NCBI GenBank assembly: GCA_036172245.1
Contig: JAYWIR010000016.1
Coordinates: forward strand, 3,286,001 to 3,350,000
Direction of reading: 5' to 3'
DNA from: Raillietiella orientalis
Taxonomy: Eukaryota
Length of the DNA: 64,000 nt
In this document: positions 58,397 to 64,000 of the stretch, in pieces
How the letters are laid out: each line of letters begins with the position of its first letter
How positions within the stretch are numbered: position 1 is the stretch's first letter
Made by a program: the position numbers and the translations under genes
The notes under the pieces: generated by a model
The model's database searches: none
Told to the model about the DNA's origin: nothing
Seen by the model: the letters and a program-made list of their open reading frames with translations, nothing else

Positions 58397-58418
58397 GTCA
58401 CCAAGCAACCTGTAAACA
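58397..58418. promoter_or_regulatory. Adjacent RFX X-box and Forkhead motif
   Basis: GTCACC-A-AGCAAC (58397-58409) fits GTNRCC-N-RGYAAC and is followed by TGTAAACA (58411-58418). Confidence 0.5.
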
Positions 58419-59121
58419 TCCCTCCCGGTACGCACACGCTGATTCTCCGCGTGTACGGAAACGCGTTTCCCGCTTTCTAATTAGGCGGATCGGTTGGCGC
58501 CGCATCACGATCGGCGGGCTCGCGCGGCGAGCATGGCGGCCGGGCAGCGCCGCCCGCGAGAGCCCCGGTCGACGGCTCCGTCCCACCACGGCAGACTTCC
58601 GCCTCCGGGTCGCCCGACCGCGGCCCTCCGGTTCGCTCGCTCCCGGTGCGTGGTGCGCGCGGGCGGGGAAGAGGAAGGAAGTGGTGGGGGATGCGCGCGC
58701 GGGGAGCCACCCCCTCATCCGCCGCCATCCCGGGCGACCGACCGCCTCCGCCTCGGCAGGAGCCCCCCCCCCCCTGCCCTCCCCCCGTCCCCGCATCCGA
58801 AGCGCAGCGACAGCTCGTCCCCCGCGGTTGCGCTGCCTCCCGGCGGGATGAACGGCAGACCTCGCACGCTACGTGGCCGCCGCAACCGCGTGACATCTGC
58901 ATCACGCCCGCGCGCGCGCCCGAAACAGCAACCGCAAACATCTCGGGCAGTTTGTTTATCCACGGGGCGAGCCGTGACGTCAGCCCGCCGAGCATGCGCG
59001 TTTCGCGCCTGCCGTGACCGCCGTGCCGCTTCGCGGCGGAAAGGGCGGCTGTCGCCATCTTCCCAGCGCGTGTGACCGTGCGGATTCTTCCTGTTCCTTC
59101 TTTTCCTTTTTTTTTCTTTAC

Positions 59122-59456
59122 CTCCCCTCCAACATTTTATTACTGCGCTTTTTGCATCATTATTTTGTCACTTCTGCCGTTTCGATCATTATTTTACTGC
59201 GCTGTTTTTTTTTCTTTTTCTTTTTCTTTCGGTAGCCAGTTTATTACCGTTGCGTTGCGTTCGGATGTTGTGATTTTCCGGCCGGTTTATTGCTGTTGTG
59301 ATTTTCCGGCCGAATTCCGGTCTCCATGGCTCCCGCGTTGCCGCTTCCTCCGCGCTTCGCTGGCGATCCCCTCCTCGTCCGGTCGCATGCTCCGTGGACC
59401 ATTTATTGCTAATCGAGGCTCCACGGCCGTTTTGCTACTCTGTGCTCCTTTTATAG
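59122..59456 (-). promoter_or_regulatory. Candidate TATA promoter and first exon of an unidentified minus-strand transcript
   Basis: CTATAAAAG on - (59456-59448), followed by a ~300-nt A-rich leader that contrasts with its GC-rich flanks. It ends AAAATG-TTG-GAG-GGG-AG|GTAAAG (donor GT at 59121-59120). A CRE palindrome TGACGTCA lies at 58975-58982. Confidence 0.4.
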
Positions 59457-62400
59457 GCTTCGAGGGATGAAAATAAATAAATAAATAGAAAAATCCCTGC
59501 TCCTCCCCCCCTCCTCACGGCGATGCGGCCAAATTCCTTCGGTCGCCGTCGCGCTCCCTGACGTTCCAATTAGGATTCTCGAAAACGGGAGATGTTCCTC
59601 CTTGCCCCGTTCCCGATGCGGGGAAGGATGGTGGGGGATGGGCAGGGAAGGGGAGGGCTGGTCTGCACGTTTCTCTGCCGCGCCCGGTCAGCGACCTCCT
59701 TCGGTCGGCCGCGCGCGCGCACCACTACGCCTCGGAGCGGTCGCCTCCTGAAAGACGTGACACGAGCGGTCCCGGAGCGGAAGGGCGGAAGCTCGCCCTC
59801 GTTCCCTCCCCCCCCCCCCCCCCCCCCCACGTAGGCGCCCTCTCCGCCGGGAGACCCCGACCCTCCTGACAGACGGTCGCTGTCAGGAGGCTGGCGGCTG
59901 GGGTGTAGCAGACGCGGAGTCATGAGGAGGTGCGTCCTTCCTGCTGCAAACGTTCTCGGACCCCGTCCTTCCCCCATCCCCATCCCGAAGAGGACCCCCC
60001 AATTCCCTGAGGGGGATCGAACCTACGAGTTCCCGGCGGCAGCGAGAGCGCGCAGGAGGGAGGGGGATACCTTTCCAGGCCCTGCCGCTCGGCCCCCATA
60101 AGCTCAAGGAGGCCGGACGATTCCCGTCTGGACTCCTCGCGCCACGACCCCGCCCACGCAAAGCGAAAGAGGAAGCGTCTCCCGATGCTCCACCCTGTTT
60201 ATCCCGTGTTGTATCCAAGCGGTCGCAGAGAAAGCGGGCGACTCCCTCCCCCCGCCCCTTTCCCTCCACCCGCGAGCGGATGGGACGGGAGGACTCCTGG
60301 AGCAGCGGCAGAGGCTCCTCCCACTCTTCCAGCTCGCTTTCCGGAAGGAGGCGACCCGCTGCCGCTCCTCTCCGGCCTGTCGCCAGCAGCGGGAGCGCGC
60401 CGAGTGCGCGGACGGAGCTTCCTCGCGCGGTGGCTCCGACGGTGGTCGCTGCCTTCCGCTCCCTTGGGGGTGCTTTCTACGAGATTGGAGGAATTTCGTG
60501 GTACACAGATCACTCTATCACAGATCCTCATGAAGTTCTCTTCGCTCCCGTGGGGGAGAGCAGGGAGGAAGGGAAGGGAAGGAGGGGAGCACCCCATCCC
60601 CGCGTCCATCCAGGGAGATACGGCGGGGTGGGAAAGGCGGTGCCCGCCCTCCCTCCCCGGGCTGAGTGGCGGAGCGGGTGGATGCTCGTGGAAGTGCCGC
60701 TGTGCCTCTAAAGCCTCCCGGATGAGCCGCTCTCCACGTCATTCGGGAGCGGCGGAACCCCCGCCTTGCCGCCCCTCGGCTTAAGCGGGAGAGGGGCACG
60801 GAACCAAGCCGGGGGAGGGAGGGGGCCGCAGATGCGCGTGGCAAAGCGACCGGGCCCATTGGAGAAGGGGAAGGGGTGGGCGGATGGGGTGAGGGGGAAG
60901 GGGGAGAGGAGTCCGCACCCCAAATGCTCCCCGGGGGGAGGGAGACGAGCGACGATGTCCGGTGCCTGCGGCATCCTTGCCCATCAACTGCAGGCCTGGG
61001 ACGGAGGCTGCGGTCCGCGCGCGAGATGCTCCCCCAAGGGAGAGCAGGGAGCCGTATCGGGCGACTCGTTCCCCTCCCTCCCCTCCTGCCCCACGGGCAG
61101 TATCGCCGCCGCTGAACGAAAGGGAGGCGCGAACCTCCTGCCTCCGGGAGGCAGAACGGCCTCTTTAGTCCTCGGACGGCCTGTGGCTGCTGCCGCGCGG
61201 GGGCCGAGGTCCGTATTCGGGCCTTCGAGGAGAGATCCGTTTGGTACCGCGGTCGCTCCCCGCGGCGGGCTCGACCAGGGCGCGCGGTTCCCCCGGGAAG
61301 GGACGAGGGAAGAAGGAAGGGAGGGGGGGACGAGAAGGAGAAGCGAACTCAGGGCTGTGCGCTTCCCCCCCCCCCCTCCGAAGGCATCGGAGGCGAACCT
61401 CAGGGAAGAGAGAGGGGTCGTTCCAGATGGCCCTCAGCGGAGGCGCGCTGGGGCCACCCCTCCCCCGCATTCTGGCAGCATCGAGCACGCGGCGAGGGCC
61501 GGGAGGGGGGGCTCCCCGTGCGGGGTCTCCCGGTCTCTCCCAGGGCGCGCCCTCGCCGGGGTTTTCCCATCCCGAGGGTGCGTAGTGCCGGGCACCTGGA
61601 GGACGCACCTCTTCCCGTCCGCTTCGAGAGTCGTCTGTTCCATCGTCCGGGAGCTCCCTCCCGAGCCGTGTGGCCATCTTCCCTGGGAAACGTGTCTGTG
61701 CGCTCCTGCTGCGCCCACACGGAGGCGGAGCCGTGAGGGTTGGATTGGCCGCAGCCGGAGGCCGCCGCCTGAGGCGCACCTTCACGGAAGTCACCCCGGG
61801 GCCACGGCGGCCGGGAGGGGAGGCGAGGCGTTTTCCAAAGGGGACCCGGCATCGAACCTCCTGCCTCTCCTGCCGCGCAGTCGTCAGCGGTCACGGAGCG
61901 AAGCGCGCCGCCCTCGCCCGAGGGCATCTGCGCGCAAGAACGCACGAGGTGTCTTTCCGGGGGGTGCGCGCCTCCAACGCACCACCCGTTTCCGTGCTCC
62001 TTCCCGCGCGCGTCCCCGACGGTCGGGAAGAGCAGTAGGTGGCGCTGCTTCCCCGCGGGACGGGTTCCGGCAGACAGCGGCGGCGATGCAGGAGGCGAGG
62101 AGTCTGGAAGGCGCGACCGCCCACGCCCACGCGCGCGGTCCGGGCGCCGCACTTCCGCCGCCGCCGGTGCGGGCGGTGGGTGGGTGGGCGGGGACGGCGG
62201 CGGAATGCGCGGCTCGCCGCGTCCCCCGAAGAGTACGCCGGCCCCTCGCCCTTCCTGTGGGGGCGGAGGGGAAGGGTGCCGAGGCGAAAGGAGGAACAGC
62301 GGCCGACCCCGGGGGTTTTGCAGAGGTGCGATCGGGAGGAGAACCGATCCGCTCCCCCCACCCCCTTCCCTCCCTACGCGTGCTCACCGCGGCGCGCGAG

Positions 62401-64000
62401 AGGGTTTTTCGAAACGCGGACGGGGGAAGCCTCGGAGCGTTTCCCGCGGGAGGAAGTGGCGTGGGGCTTCCCGGTCGCCCCTCCAGAGGCACGCTGCTTC
62501 GGGCGAAGACCCGCCTCGAGTCCTTCCCGGGGCACTCGTCCCGGGATTTCGCGACACGCCGCTGGACGTCCGGCTGCGCGCCATCTGATCCCGCGGGGTT
62601 GCGCGGTACCACCTCTTGGGATGAAAGAAGGGCAGGGCATGGGCCCCCTCCCCCTTCTTTCCTTTTCCTCCACGTGCCTCCGAGGTTTGTTCCTGGTGCT
62701 CCTGAAGCCTCCCGCAGGAAGGCGCGCGAGTCAGGAGGGGAGGACGCGGGCTCTGCGGCCCGGAGTACGCGGCGGTGCTGGCGGGGTGAGGGGCGCACCA
62801 TCAGCGAGGGTTGCCGGAATTTTCCCTCCCTCTCCCCCACCCGCTCCCCTTCCCTTCCCGTCGCTCCCTTCCTTTCCCTCTTCGCAGCTGCGGCCTGCGG
62901 GAGTCCTCCACTTCCTCCTAGCCCAGCATCATCATCGAAGAGGACGTGGAAGAGCCCAGCGGTGGTCAGCCCGGCGCGCGGGAGTGGGCGACGTTGCCTC
63001 CCGGGGGAGGCAGCGGCCGGGTAGCGGGGGTCTCCGGAACAGCCCTCGCGCGGGGCTCGCGAGCCAGGACGGGGGCTTCGGCACCGTTTCCGGTGACCCC
63101 TCGGAGGCGCCTTCTTCCCCGCGCTGACGGCGAAAGTCGATTCGTCTTCCTTCCCGAGGGAGCCGCGTCGCGACCGCAGAGCTCGGCGCATGCGTTTCGG
63201 GACCGCAAGAGGGGTGGGGGGAAGCCGTGAGACCCGGTCCCGGGCAGCAGGAGTGGGTGCGGCAGAACGGCTGCGCCGCCGGCCCGTGGCGGGCGCCGCG
63301 GCTCCTCCCGGGAGCCGAACGAGGTGTGCTGATCTCCCTTCCGCCGCCGTGGATGCTCCCGCTGGACCGCGAGCCGTCGCGCTCCCCACGGAGACGACGC
63401 TCCGTCTCGGCGGGTCGCGCTCGGACGTCACCTAAAAGAAAAGTCGCGGTCCGGCGAGGAGCGGCCGCGAGTCCGTCCATTCGTCGGCGACCTTCCCGGT
63501 CGTCCCTCCGCGCGCTGCTCCGGAGGAAGGCTTCCAGGAATGGAGCGGCGAGGAGCGGGAGGCATCCTCTCGCGCGCTCGCCCGCCCTCCCGCATTCCCC
63601 GTCGGGGACGCATCTCCTTGGACCTCCCGCCGGTGCGGGTGGGCCTGAAGCAGGACGCACCGCTGCTCGACTGGGACGTGACCGGACGCGGAAGTCGCGG
63701 CATCCGAGCAACCTGCGTTGCCTGCGGCGGTTCAGCAGCCGACCTCATGGTGTTGCCACGAAGAGGTGCACGCGAGGTCGCGTGCAGCAAACAGCGCGGA
63801 GTTGCGGCTGCGACTCGCCCAGAGCGAATGCGGAGCTCCGCGGACGTCGAACACGGCGCTCGCAGCAGCTTTTCGAAATCAAGGAGGGAGGGAAGGAGTC
63901 CAAGGAAGGGACGGGAGGGGGGACGGTCGCTCTCGCGCCGTCGGGCGGCGGCGGCGGCGGATCGAGAAGCTTCCACCCGCCGCACCGCAAGGCGCACGAC

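Noticed and set aside
60766..63024. 752-aa ORF, and similar long ORFs such as 8402-9910, 9027-10370, 10965-12623, 41123-42373, 54570-55802 and 61884-63431
   Set aside because: Arg/Gly/Pro/Ala/Ser-rich low-complexity translations that overlap in several frames and have no domain motifs. They are expected from stop-codon scarcity in very GC-rich DNA.

Overview
GC-rich eukaryotic genomic DNA (metazoan, probably arthropod judging from the elongase type), not prokaryotic. Two intron-containing genes can be fully reconstructed by hand. The first is a 7-exon ELOVL-family fatty-acid elongase on + (2785-4736, ~335-336 aa). The second is a 5-exon calcyphosin/CAPSL-like EF-hand gene on - (24685-16565, 213 aa). 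The remaining ~40 kb has no recognisable intact gene, and most long ORFs in the track are GC artefacts. That region holds decayed non-LTR retrotransposon remnants, a dispersed repeat family, a chain of locally templated inverted and direct duplications (34.6-37.4 kb) and a ~240-bp near-perfect inverted duplication (55.2-57.2 kb). It also holds a dense cluster of RFX X-box and Forkhead-like motifs (53.7-58.4 kb) next to a candidate minus-strand TATA promoter and first exon (59.1-59.5 kb). No CRISPR array, tRNA or rRNA was seen. I did not find a clearly novel system; the best leads are the X-box cluster with its orphan first exon and two orphan ORFs inside or next to the CAPSL-like gene.
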